Shown: in pieces, positions 37,139 to 46,860 of the stretch | Layout: every line of letters starts with the position of its first letter | Position numbering within the stretch: position 1 is the stretch's first letter | Notes under the pieces: generated by a model | Seen by the model: only the letters and a program-made list of their open reading frames with translations | What the model was told of the DNA's origin: nothing | The model's database searches: none | Source: Polyangiales bacterium | Lineage (GTDB): Bacteria; Myxococcota_A; Polyangia; Polyangiales; JADJQN01 | Assembly: GCA_964202905.1 (NCBI GenBank) | Contig: CAXNJO010000006.1 | Location: 160,001 to 224,000 of the forward strand | Direction of reading: 5' to 3' | DNA length: 64,000 nucleotides | Program-made: the position numbers and the translations under genes

Positions 37139-40100
37139 ATGGTGCGTCGGGCAACGAGCATCGGGGGAGAGGTCGCCGCGCCGGAGCGCTTCGAGGTCCG
37201 GCGACGGCTCGGCGAGGGCGCGTTCGGCGAGGTCTTCGAGGCCTGGGACACGGAGCGGCAGTCCGACGTCGCGCTCAAGCGCCTGCATCGCCTGCATCCC
37301 ACCGCGATCTACCGCTTCAAGCGGGAGTTCCGCGCGCTCGCGGACGTGACGCACCCCAACCTCGTGCAGCTCTACGAGCTGCTCAGCGAGGGCTCCGACT
37401 GGTTCTTCACGATGGAGCTCGTGCGCGGCACGCCGCTGCTCGAGTGGCTCCGCCCCGAGGCGTCGGATCTCGCCCGCACCCGCGACGTGTCGGGCGCCGT
37501 GACGATCGATCGCGCCCAGCCCGGCGGGCTCGAGGCCTTCGTCGACGAGGCCGTGACGCAGGCCGTCGAGGCCCCGGTCGCCCCGTTCAGCCTGGACGAG
37601 CCGCGCACGCGCTCCGCGTTCCTGCAGCTCGTGGACGGCGTCGCCGCGCTGCACGCGGCGGGCAAGCTGCACCGCGACCTCAAGTCGCAGAACGTCCTCG
37701 TCACGCCCGAGGGGCGCGTGGTGCTCCTCGACTTCGGGCTCGTGCACGAGCTGGCGCGCGACGGACGGCGGGACACGCACGACGCCGACATCGTCGGCAC
37801 GCCGCTCTACATGTCGCCCGAGCAGGCTTCGGGCTCGCCGCTCACGGAGGCCGCCGACTGGTACGCCGTCGGCGTCGCGCTCTACGTCGCGCTCACGGGG
37901 CAGTTTCCGTTCGAGGGCGGCTCGCTCGAGGTGCTCGTCGCCAAGCAGACGCGCGAGCCCATGGCGCCGAGCCTGTTCTTCCCCGAGGTCCCACCCGATC
38001 TCGAGGCGCTCTGCATGGCGCTGCTGCGGCGGCAGCCCGAGGAGCGCCCGAAGGGCCCGGAGATCCGCGCCCGCCTCGCCCGGCAGGCCCCGTCCGCGCC
38101 GCGGGTCACGCTGGCCCCGGGCGAGCGTCCCTTCGTCGGGCGTGAGCGGGAGCTCGGCCGGCTCTTCGACGCGGCGCGCACCGCGCGCGGCGGGCGCCCG
38201 CGGACGCTCTTCGTGCACGGGCGCTCCGGCATGGGCAAGAGCGCGCTCGTGCGGCACTTCCTCGACCGACTCATGGTCGAGGCGCCGACGACGCTCATCC
38301 TCGAGGGGCGCTGCTACGCGAGCGAGTCCTTGCCGTACAAGGCGCTCGACAGCGTGGTCGATCGGCTCGGTCGTCACCTCGCGGGCCTCGCCCCCGACGC
38401 GCTCGCGGACCTGCTGCCGCCGCACGTCGGCGATCTCGCGCTGCTCTTCCCGACGCTCCGTCGCGTGCGCGCGATCGACACCGCCAGCGTGAACGTCGTG
38501 CTGCCGCCCGATCCGCTCGAGCGTCGCCGCCGGGCGCTCGGCGCGCTGCGGGAGCTGCTGGCCCGGCTCGCGGCGCGGCGGCCCGTCGTGGTGTTCGTCG
38601 ACGACCTGCAGTGGGGCGACGCCGACAGCGCGCTCGCGCTCTCGCAGCTCGTGCAACCCCCGGACGCGCCGCCCTTCCTGCTGCTCGGGACGTACCGCAG
38701 CGAAGAGGCCGGCACGAGCCCCTTCCTCACGACGCTCGGCGCGCTCGCGGCGAGCGTGTGGGACGAGCCGGAGGAGCGCCTCGCGGTCGACGCCCTCACC
38801 GAGGCGGATGCGCGCGCGCTCGCCGCCGCGCTGCTCGCGCAGACCGGGCTCGAGGGCGATCCCCGCGCGGCGCGCATCGTCGCGGAGGCCGACGGCAGCC
38901 CGCTCTTCATCGACCAGCTCGCGACCGCGATGCACGAGCAGCGTGAGCGGGTCGCCGAGGGCGCGCAGCCCGAGGACGACGCGCAGCTCGCGCTCGCCGA
39001 CGTGATCGGACACCGCATCGCGCAGCTGCCGGAGCCCGCGCGGCGCCTGCTCGACGTGCTCGCGATCGCGGGCCGTCCCGTCACTGCGGACGTCCTCCGC
39101 GGCGCGAGCGGCCTCGCGAGCCTCGAGGGCTCCGGGCTGCGGCTGCTGCACGTGGCGCGGCTCGTCCGGACGCGCAGCACGGACGGCCGCGAGCAGGTCG
39201 AGATCTACCACGACCGCATCCGCGAGACGGCGGCTGCCTGCCTCTCGGCGGAGGCGGCGGTCGCGGTGCACCGCGGCCTCGCGACCGCGCTCGAGCACAG
39301 CCCCGAGGGCGACGACGAGACCCGCATGGCGCACTGGCGCGCGGCCGGCGAGCCCGCGCGCGCCTTCGTCTACGCGTCGCGCGCGGCCGAGCGGGCCTAC
39401 ACGGCGCTCGCTTTCGACCACGCCGCGCGGCTCTACCGCGACGCGCTCGCGCTGCGTTCCGCGGATGCCCCGCGTGACGGGCACCTCGAGTCGCGGCTCG
39501 GGGACGCGCTGCGTGACGCGGGTCGCGGCGCGGAGGCGGCGCGCGCGTATGCCGAGGCGGCGCGGCTCAGCGCGGACGCCGACGCGGCGCTCGAGCTGCG
39601 TCGCATGGCGGGCGAGCAGTACCTCGCGGGCGGACACCTCGACGACGCGCGGCGCGAGCTCAGCGAGGTCCTCGGCGCCGTGGGCATGACGTTCCCGCAG
39701 CACCCGGCGCGTGCGCTCGCCTCGTTCTTCGCGGGCCGGGCGCAGCTCCGCGCGCGTGGGCTCGCGTTCACCCCGCGGCCTGCGGGCAGCGTGCGCGGGC
39801 GCGAGCGTCTCAAGATGGACGTCTGCTGGACGATCGCGACGGGCTTCGCGATGATCGACCCCGTCCGCGCCGGCGCGTTCCAGTCGGTGCACATGCTCCT
39901 CGCGCTGCGCTCCGGCGACGTGGGTCGCGTCGCCCGTGCGCTCGCCGTCGAGGTGCCCTTCGCCGCGACGCCCGGCCCGGGTGCGCGCGCCCGCACGGCG
40001 ATGCTCACGCGGCGGGCGAAGACGCTCGCCGCCGAGATCGACGACCCCTTCCTCGACGGCTTGCTCACCTCGACCGTCGGCGGCGCGGCGTGGCTCGAGG

Positions 40101-40951
40101 GGCGCTGGCAGGATGGCTACGACCTCACGGCGCGCGCGGCGGACATCCTGCGCTCGCGCTGCACGGGCGTCGCGTGGCTGCGCGACACGAACGTCATCGT
40201 GGTGTTCGACTGCCTCTACCGTCTCGGCCGTTGGCGTGAGGTGAACGAGGGCGTGCCCGCGCTGCTCGCCGACGCGCGCATGCGCGGCGACCTCTACATG
40301 GAGCTCTACGTGCTCGTGAAGTTCGCGAGCATCGGCTGGCTGGCCTCCGGCGAGCTCGCGGGGCGGTCCGAGGAGCTCGCGGCGGCGCTCGCGCGCTGGT
40401 CGAACGAGCGCTTCTCGCTGCTGCACTACTGGGAGACCTACTCGCAGATCGAAGCGGCCCTCGCGGCCGGCCGGCCTGCGGAGGCGTTCGCGAAGGCGCG
40501 CGCGTCGGCCGCGGGGGTGCGTGATTCACTCCTGTTGCAACTGCAACTCTATCGCATCTCGTGGACAGACGTCCGCGGGCGCGCGGCGCTCGCCCTCGCG
40601 CGTGCGGAGGCGGGGCCGGGGCGCGAGGCGCTCCTGCGGGAGGCCGCCGGGTGCGTCGCGGCGCTCGGTCGCGAGGACGTCGCGTGGTCGCGCGGGCTCG
40701 GCGCCCTGCTCGACGCGGGCGTGAAGACGACGCGGGGCGATCGCGTCGCGGCGCTCGCGGCGCTGCACGAGGCGGAGGCGCGGCTCGCGCTCGCGGGGAT
40801 GGGCGTGCACCAGAGCGTCGCGCGGGCGCGGCGCGGCGAGCTCGAGGACGACACGGCGCTGCTCGAGGCGGCGCACGCGTCGCTCGCGGCGGAAGGGATC
40901 GCGGACCCGCGTCGCATCGTCGCGCTGCTCGCGCCTGGCCGCTGGGCGTGA
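37139..40951 (+). CDS. Ser/Thr kinase fused to AAA_16/STAND-like ATPase and helical repeat region
   Basis: LGEGAFGEV, HRDLKSQN, DFG, GTPLYMSPEQ; FVGREREL, Walker A GRSGMGKS, Walker B VFVDDLQWGD, and GSPLF. Confidence 0.93.
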   Translation: MVRRATSIGGEVAAPERFEVRRRLGEGAFGEVFEAWDTERQSDVALKRLHRLHPTAIYRFKREFRALADVTHPNLVQLYELLSEGSDWFFTMELVRGTPLLEWLRPEASDLARTRDVSGAVTIDRAQPGGLEAFVDEAVTQAVEAPVAPFSLDEPRTRSAFLQLVDGVAALHAAGKLHRDLKSQNVLVTPEGRVVLLDFGLVHELARDGRRDTHDADIVGTPLYMSPEQASGSPLTEAADWYAVGVALYVALTGQFPFEGGSLEVLVAKQTREPMAPSLFFPEVPPDLEALCMALLRRQPEERPKGPEIRARLARQAPSAPRVTLAPGERPFVGRERELGRLFDAARTARGGRPRTLFVHGRSGMGKSALVRHFLDRLMVEAPTTLILEGRCYASESLPYKALDSVVDRLGRHLAGLAPDALADLLPPHVGDLALLFPTLRRVRAIDTASVNVVLPPDPLERRRRALGALRELLARLAARRPVVVFVDDLQWGDADSALALSQLVQPPDAPPFLLLGTYRSEEAGTSPFLTTLGALAASVWDEPEERLAVDALTEADARALAAALLAQTGLEGDPRAARIVAEADGSPLFIDQLATAMHEQRERVAEGAQPEDDAQLALADVIGHRIAQLPEPARRLLDVLAIAGRPVTADVLRGASGLASLEGSGLRLLHVARLVRTRSTDGREQVEIYHDRIRETAAACLSAEAAVAVHRGLATALEHSPEGDDETRMAHWRAAGEPARAFVYASRAAERAYTALAFDHAARLYRDALALRSADAPRDGHLESRLGDALRDAGRGAEAARAYAEAARLSADADAALELRRMAGEQYLAGGHLDDARRELSEVLGAVGMTFPQHPARALASFFAGRAQLRARGLAFTPRPAGSVRGRERLKMDVCWTIATGFAMIDPVRAGAFQSVHMLLALRSGDVGRVARALAVEVPFAATPGPGARARTAMLTRRAKTLAAEIDDPFLDGLLTSTVGGAAWLEGRWQDGYDLTARAADILRSRCTGVAWLRDTNVIVVFDCLYRLGRWREVNEGVPALLADARMRGDLYMELYVLVKFASIGWLASGELAGRSEELAAALARWSNERFSLLHYWETYSQIEAALAAGRPAEAFAKARASAAGVRDSLLLQLQLYRISWTDVRGRAALALARAEAGPGREALLREAAGCVAALGREDVAWSRGLGALLDAGVKTTRGDRVAALAALHEAEARLALAGMGVHQSVARARRGELEDDTALLEAAHASLAAEGIADPRRIVALLAPGRWA

Positions 40952-41059
40952 TCGGGGACCGCTCGGCGTGATCGGTCGCGGGGGGGCCGTCCGCGTCACC
41001 GGGGGCTGCGCCCGGGCCGCGCAGCGAGCGTCCCTTTGGCCGGGCACGCCGGCGCCGCG

Positions 41060-41804
41060 TCACAGCCGGCGGAACGGGCGCGGCGTGTCGAGGGTGATGG
41101 TCGCGAGGTACTCGGCGGTGCCGTCGCCGCCGTCGCCGACGACGACGCGCTCGGCGCGCGCGTCGAAGGTGAGGCGCGGATCGCCGTCCGTGGCGCTCAC
41201 GCCGTCGTCCGCGGCGAAGGTCGGGCCCGCGGGGCCGAGCTCGCACGCGACGTAACCGGCCGTCTGCGCGGGGTTCGGGTAGAGGAGCGCGCCGTCGCAG
41301 ATCACGCGCACGAGGCAGTTGAAGCCGCCGGCGGCGACGGGGAGCACGCGCACATCGCAGGTCGCGCCCGCGCGCACCGGCGCGTCGCCCTCGACCTGCG
41401 CGACGCGTCCGCGCCGCGTGACGGCGCCGAACGTGCCCGCGCCGCCGTCGAGCCCGCCGGTGGACGCGCGCGAGCGCACGAGCTGCGGGTCGACGGTCGA
41501 CGCCTCGGCCGCCGCGGCGGCTGCGAGCGCGGGGTCGAAGGGCGCGTCGCGTCGCGGGCGCGTGCGTCGCCGTTCGGGCGCGTGCGGCGGCGGGGGCGCA
41601 GGGCGCGGCCGCGCGCGGTGGTTCGCCGTCGGCGGACGCGGGCGCGGACGCGGGGCCGATCGCCGCGCCGCGCGGGTCGTGCGTGAAGAGCCGACCGACG
41701 CCGAGGAGCACGAGCGCCGCCGTGCCGATCGCCGCGAGCGCCGCGACGAGCAGCGGCCAGCGCGCGGGGGCGTCGTCGTCGGAGAGGGGCGGGGGTGGGG
41801 ACAT
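41060..41804 (-). CDS. Hypothetical membrane-anchored Cys-containing protein; apparent frameshift near 41600
   Basis: N-terminal TM segment (ARWPLLVAALAAIGTAALVLLGVG) in one frame; globular C-terminus (ATCDVRVLPV...FNCLVRVICDG...YVAC...DGDPRL) in another. Confidence 0.6.
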
Positions 41805-41976
41805 CGCGGGGCCGGCGGTGCGCGGCGGTCTGTGCATCGTGGCCCGACGTTCGACGCCCGGCACGCCGCGAGGTTCCGTCGATTCGTCACGACCCTCCGG
41901 GTCGTGCGTCCCGCGTCGACCGCGCGCGTCCGGGACCCTCGCGCCGCGCGCGCGGACGTGAGACACCTCCCGGACG

Positions 41977-44344
41977 ATGACGGCGGACGCGCTGCTCGGC
42001 CGCACGCTCGGTGGGGTCTACCGGGTCGACAAGCGGCTCGGCGCCGGGGGCATCGGCGCCGTCTACCGCGCGACGCAGGTGCGGACGGGGCGCCGCTACG
42101 CCGTGAAGGTGCTGCTGCCCGAGGCGGCGCTGCACCCGGGCGCGATCGAGCGCTTCCGGCGCGAGGCGGCGGCGCTCGGGGCGCTCGGGCACGCGGGCAT
42201 CGTGCAACTGCACGACTTCGACACCGCCGAGGACGGCATGCAGTTCCTCGTCATGGAGCTGCTCGAGGGCGAGGACCTCGCCGCGCGGCTCGCGACGGGC
42301 GGCGCGCTGCCGTGGGCGACCGCCGTGCGTGTGCTCGAGGAGACGGCGTCCGCGCTCGCCGCGGCGCACGACCTCGGGCTGGTGCACCGCGACCTCAAGC
42401 CCGCCAACATCTTCCTCGCGCGGCGGCAGGGCGCGCTCGAGCGCGCGACGCTGCTCGACTTCGGCCTCGCGCGGAACGTCCGCGCCGACGCCGACGTGCG
42501 GCTCACGGCGACGGGCGCGGGGCTCGGCACGCCGCTCTACATGGCCCCCGAGCAGGCGCGCGGCGAGGACGTCGACCTGCGCTGCGACGTGTACGCGCTC
42601 GGCTGCGTCCTCTACGAGATGTTGACGGGCGCGCCGCCCTTCGACGGGCCGACGCTCACCGCCGTGCTCGCGCGGATCCTCCTCGAGCCGCCTCCGCGGA
42701 CGACGGACCACGCGCCGCGGCCGGTGCCGCCGGGCATCGACGAGGTCGTGCGGACGGCGCTCGCGAAGGACCCCGCGCAGCGCTACCCGAGCGCGCAGGC
42801 GCTCGTCGCCGCGGTGCACCGCGCGGCCGCGGGCTTCGTCGCTGGCGAGGCGGGCGCGGTGGGCGCGCCCCTCGCAGCGACGGCGCTCGCCGTGACGCCC
42901 GATTCGTTGCCGCCCGTGTCCGCGCGGCCCGCATCGAGCGCCTCGGGCGCCGTGCCGTCGGGCGCCGGGTCGTCGGGTGTCGGGCCGTCGGGTGTCGGGC
43001 GGGATGCGCCCTCCGGGCTCGAGGCGACGCAGGCGCGGGGCGACGGGCGCGGTGAGCCCACCCCCGTGACGCCCGCGCGGGGGCCGCACGTTCCCGGCGG
43101 CCTCGTCTTCGGTGCGCCCGCGGACTCGCGCGGCACGCCCGCCCCGCGGCCGCGCCGCCGTCGCGCGCTCGGCACGCTCGTGGGGATCGCCGCGCTGGCG
43201 GTGGCGGGGCTCGGCGTGTCGATCGTCGCGCTCGTGAGGCTGACGTCGCCCCCTGCGCCTCGGCCCTCCGTGGCGCGCGTCGTCGTGTCGGACGAGGTCC
43301 GCGCCGCCCCGACGCCGCCGCGCGCGGCCGCTGCTCCGGGCGTGCTCGACGTCGCCGCGGGATCGGACGAGGCCCGCCCCGACGAGGAGGGCGCCGATGG
43401 GCCCGCGCCCGCGCGGCCGCGTGTCGAGGGCCGCGTGCGACCCATCGGGGATGGCCCGCGCGCGCGCCAGGCGCGGGCACGGCGGAGGCGCTCGAGCGGG
43501 ACGCGGCGCGCCTCGAGCGCGAGGCCGAGGCGGCCGCCGGCGTCGCCGCCGCACAGGGCTCGCTGCGTCCACCGCCTCCGCGCCCGGGCCCGCGCTCCCG
43601 TCGCCCGGGGCCGAGCAGCAGCGCGCGGCCGCGCGGCAGATCGAGGTGCTCGTGCGGCAGCGCGAGTCGGAGATCGCGCAGCTCCGCGCCGCGTTCCCGC
43701 TGGTGCAGGCGCTGCGGGGGGACGCGCGCGCGCTCGCGCGGCTCGCCCGTCCGCCGTCGTGCGCCGACGACCGCCGCCGCGCGGCGCAGGAGATGGGGCG
43801 CGGAGAGCAGTCGACGGTCGCCGGATTCGCGCGCCGCGTCGACGATCTGCTCGAGCGCGTGTGCGGCTTCTACGACGGCTGGGACACGCCCTCGGGCGAG
43901 GGGCGCGACAAATTGCAGCGTTTCGTGACGGCGCTCGACCACGCCGAGCGCATGGCCGCGGAGGTCAGCGCGACGAACCAGCCGCGCGTCGACGCGGAGC
44001 GCGTGCTCGCCGCGATCGCCGACGTGCGCCGCGTGGTCGCGCGCGTGCCGCCGGATGGGGCGCGTTTCCCGTGCCGCGACCCCGTGTGGGGCGCGTTCCG
44101 CGATCTGCGCGCGCTCGAGAACCACTGGGCCGCGGCGGCCGCCGGGCAGGTCACGACGGCGCAGGGGCGCTTCTGCGCGAGCACCCGCATGGACGCGGCC
44201 GGCGTCGAGGGGAGCGTACGCCAGCTCGAAGACGCCGCGTCGAGTGGCGAGCAGACGCTGCGCGCCGTGATCGCGGCGCAGGAGGAGATCGTCGCGCGCT
44301 TCGGCGTGCAGCTCACGCAGTACCGCGCCGGGGCGGCGCCATGA
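41977..44344 (+). CDS. Transmembrane Ser/Thr kinase with extracellular Cys-containing helical domain; two apparent frameshifts (about 43470 and 43555)
   Basis: LGAGGIGAV, AVKVL, HRDLKPAN, DFGLA, GTPLYMAPEQ; TM at about 43170-43240. The reading continues as AEALERDAARLEREAEAA and then in the 43397-44344 frame, whose TGA overlaps the next ATG. Confidence 0.78.
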
Positions 44345-45492
44345 GCCGGCGCCCGCACCTCGGCGCGCGCGCCTTTGCGGCGCTCCTCGTCGCGGGCAGC
44401 GCCACGGCGTCCGCGGCCTGTGGCGCGTCCTCACGGACCTCCGGGCACGCGACCGCGCGGGCGTCGACGGACGGCGCGGTGCCCCCGTCGTCGTCGGTCG
44501 CAGCCTCCGCGCCGCCCTCGGCCGCCTCGGCTGCTCCCGAGGCCGCGCCGCCGTCCGACGCGCGCGCGGCGCCGGCATCGGACGTCGAGGCCGCCGCCCG
44601 CATCGCCGAGGCGCAGGCCCGCATCGCCGAGGCGCAGGCCCGCATCGCCGAGGCCCGCGACGCGCAGGCCCGCGCCCTCGAGGCGCAGGCCGCGCAGCAG
44701 CGCGCCGAGCGCGGCGACGTGCAGGCGGCATCGACGGCGCTCGCGGACGCGGCGCTGCACGGCGAGCTCGCGCGCCTCGCGCAGCGCGTCGGAGAGGCCG
44801 ACGCGGCCCTCGCGCAGATCGCGTCGCTCCGCGCCGGGAGCGTCGATGCGCCCGACCCGCACGCGCCGCCGATCTGCGCCGACGGTCGCGCGCTCGAGTC
44901 GCTGCGTCTCGCGCCCGCCTCCGCGCCGCTCACCGTCGGCGACGTGACCAGGCTCGCCCGGCAGATCGACGACCTCTGCGCGCGGCTCCGGCGCTGGCGC
45001 GAGCCTGACGAGCGCTCGGCCCCTGCGATCGCCGAGTACGCGCTGCGTCTCGCGCGCGTCGAGGGCTGGATGCGCGAGGTCCGCGGCTGCGTCGGCGCGA
45101 CCGGCCGCGACGCCGCGCGCTGCGAGAACGCCTACGGACGCACGGCGGACGCCGAAGCCCGCGAGGCCCGCGCGATCGAGGCGCTCCTCGCCGCGCACCG
45201 CCGCGAGCTCGACGGCGTCGAAGCGGGGCAGCGTCCGTTCCCGTGCGCGACGCCGACGCTCGCCCGCATCGCGTCCACGCGGTTCGAGGGCCCCGTCGCG
45301 CGCGCGCAGCTCCCCGCGTTCCCGCGGGCCGCGGAGTCCGTGTGCGCGGCGATCGGCGTCGATGCGCCCGGCCTCCGCGCGCTGCGCCGCGGGATCGCGC
45401 TGCAGCTCGATTCGCTCGAGAGCGGCGCCCGCACCGAGCGCGCCCGCTGGCTCCGCGAGGCCGAGCTCCTGCGCGCCCGGCTCGGCACGTAG
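44341..45492 (+). CDS. Hypothetical lipoprotein, paralogous to the extracellular domain of the upstream kinase
   Basis: ATGA overlap; MSRRPHLGARAFAALLVAGSATASAAC lipobox; coiled-coil repeats; shared Cys motifs with the kinase tail. Confidence 0.75.
   Translation: MSRRPHLGARAFAALLVAGSATASAACGASSRTSGHATARASTDGAVPPSSSVAASAPPSAASAAPEAAPPSDARAAPASDVEAAARIAEAQARIAEAQARIAEARDAQARALEAQAAQQRAERGDVQAASTALADAALHGELARLAQRVGEADAALAQIASLRAGSVDAPDPHAPPICADGRALESLRLAPASAPLTVGDVTRLARQIDDLCARLRRWREPDERSAPAIAEYALRLARVEGWMREVRGCVGATGRDAARCENAYGRTADAEAREARAIEALLAAHRRELDGVEAGQRPFPCATPTLARIASTRFEGPVARAQLPAFPRAAESVCAAIGVDAPGLRALRRGIALQLDSLESGARTERARWLREAELLRARLGT
44596..44654 (+). repeat. 21-bp tandem coding repeat (ARIAEAQ heptad x about 2.8)
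   Basis: gcccgcatcgccgaggcgcag repeated in tandem. Confidence 0.85.
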
Positions 45493-45497
45493 CGCCG

Positions 45498-45962
45498 CTA
45501 CGGCTCCTCGCCGCGCCCGAGCACGAGGAAATGCCCCGTCGCGCTCGCGACCTCGACGCGGCGGTCCTCCTGCCACGCGACCGCGTGCACGCTCGCGACG
45601 CGGCGTCCGAGCCGCGCGACCGTCGCCTTCGCCCAGGTGTCCACGGCGCGCCCCGAGCGCATGTAGTCGACCGTCACGTTGATGGTCTTCGGCAGCACGA
45701 CCGTCTCCATCTCCGCGAGCAGCTGGAAGATCGCCGCGCACTCGAGGAGGGCCGCGAGCGTGCCGCCGTGGAGCGCGGGGATCGAGGTGTTCCCCACCAG
45801 CGGTGGCGAGAAGCGCAGGCGCGTCCGCAACTCGCCCTCGTACAGGCCCGCGTCGAGCCCGAGGAAGCGCGCGTAGGGGAGGGCGCCGGTCACGGGGCTC
45901 CAGTCCCCGTCGCGCCGGGCCTGCTCGACGCGCGCGACCAGCTCGGGGTGCGAGACCGTCAC
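45498..45962 (-). CDS. PaaI family (hot-dog) thioesterase
   Basis: LVGNTSIPALHGGTLAALLE, PKTINVTVDYMRSG and RLGRRVA. Confidence 0.9.
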   Translation of the reverse strand: MTVSHPELVARVEQARRDGDWSPVTGALPYARFLGLDAGLYEGELRTRLRFSPPLVGNTSIPALHGGTLAALLECAAIFQLLAEMETVVLPKTINVTVDYMRSGRAVDTWAKATVARLGRRVASVHAVAWQEDRRVEVASATGHFLVLGRGEEP

Positions 45963-46489
45963 GTCGCGCCTCCGCCCTGCCCGCCGTGCTCGGTCTCCGC
46001 GCTGCGCGGGGGCGTCGCGCGCTGCGCGACCGAGGTGCCGCGGGTGCCGATCATGAACGTCGCGGCGGCGGCCGCGATCGGGTCGGCGGGGTCCTCGTGG
46101 TAGGCGAGGGCGCGCACGAAACCCACGTTGCGCGTGAGTTTGATGGTCTCCGCGCGCGCGAGCACCGCGAGGCCCGGCGTGGCGGGCTTGAGGTAGTCGA
46201 TGCGCAGATCGAGGGTCGCGATCGCGAGCGGGCGCGCGAGCTTCATGAACACCGCCGCGCCGCAGGTCGCGTCGATGAGCGACGAGATCGCGCCGCCGTG
46301 CAGCACGCCCGTCGCCGGGTCACCGACGAGCGCCTCCGCGTACGGCAGGCGCATGGTCGCGTGGCCCTCCCCGGGCCCGACGTCGACGAGCTCGAGCCCG
46401 AGCGCCGCGTTGTGCGGCACGCCGTCGCGGAAGGCGTGCGTCATCACGGCGAGCACCTGCGACTTCGAAGGGGGCGTCGGCGTACTCAT
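45959..46489 (-). CDS. PaaI family (hot-dog) thioesterase
   Basis: LVGDPATGVLHGGAISSLIDATCG and IATLDLRIDYLKPA; stop overlaps the next start. Confidence 0.92.
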   Translation of the reverse strand: MSTPTPPSKSQVLAVMTHAFRDGVPHNAALGLELVDVGPGEGHATMRLPYAEALVGDPATGVLHGGAISSLIDATCGAAVFMKLARPLAIATLDLRIDYLKPATPGLAVLARAETIKLTRNVGFVRALAYHEDPADPIAAAAATFMIGTRGTSVAQRATPPRSAETEHGGQGGGAT

Positions 46490-46527
46490 GCCGTCGCGTC
46501 TCTACCACGAACGTCGCGCACCGCGCG

Positions 46528-46671
46528 CCGCGTCACGCTGCATCACGGGGCCTCGACGCCGCCGCGTCTCGCCGCTTCACGGAGACTCAACGCCACCGCG
46601 TCACGCTGCATCACGGGGCCTCGACGCCGCCGCGTCTCGCCGCTTCACGGAGACTCGACGCCACCGCGTCA
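46528..46671. repeat. Intergenic tandem repeat: 34-bp units A-B-A-B (68-bp higher-order duplication) plus partial unit
   Basis: A=ccgcgtcacgctgcatcacggggcctcgacgccg (46528, 46596); B=ccgcgtctcgccgcttcacggagactcRacgcca (46562, 46630); ccgcgtca at 46664. Confidence 0.92.
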
Positions 46672-46706
46672 TCGCGGTGTGGCCAACCGCGTTCGCCCGT
46701 GGGGGC

Positions 46707-46857
46707 CGACTCAGGGACGCGACGAGGGGGTGACAGCGACGGTGTCGGCCATCCCCCTCATGGTGTCAGCGTCGGAGTCGAGGTGGGTTTGTCCGCGGGA
46801 CGTGAAGGGGATTCACCCAGGGCGTCCAACACCCCTTCACGCCGCGGACTGGCCACC
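46707..46857 (-). other. Two adjacent long stem-loops (candidate structured RNA or REP-like element)
   Basis: Minus strand: gtccgcggcgtgaagggg...ccccttcacgtcccgcggac, and cgactc..gacgc..gagggggatggccgac-acc-gtcgctgtcaccccctc..gcgtc..gagtcg. Confidence 0.55.
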
Positions 46858-46860
46858 CGA

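Noticed and set aside
34898..40426. 1842-aa minus-strand ORF as one giant protein
   Set aside because: Only the last approximately 690 aa carry carotenoid-oxygenase motifs. The rest is the stop-free antisense shadow of the plus-strand kinase-ATPase, common in high-GC DNA.
41977..45492. 1171-aa kinase ORF as a single protein
   Set aside because: The middle is Arg-rich out-of-frame sequence. A better coding frame runs to 44344, and a new lipoprotein starts at ATG 44341.
46528..46671. Possible CRISPR array (34-bp units)
   Set aside because: Units are contiguous, the would-be spacers are near-identical to each other and similar to the repeat, and no cas1/cas2 or effector genes are present.
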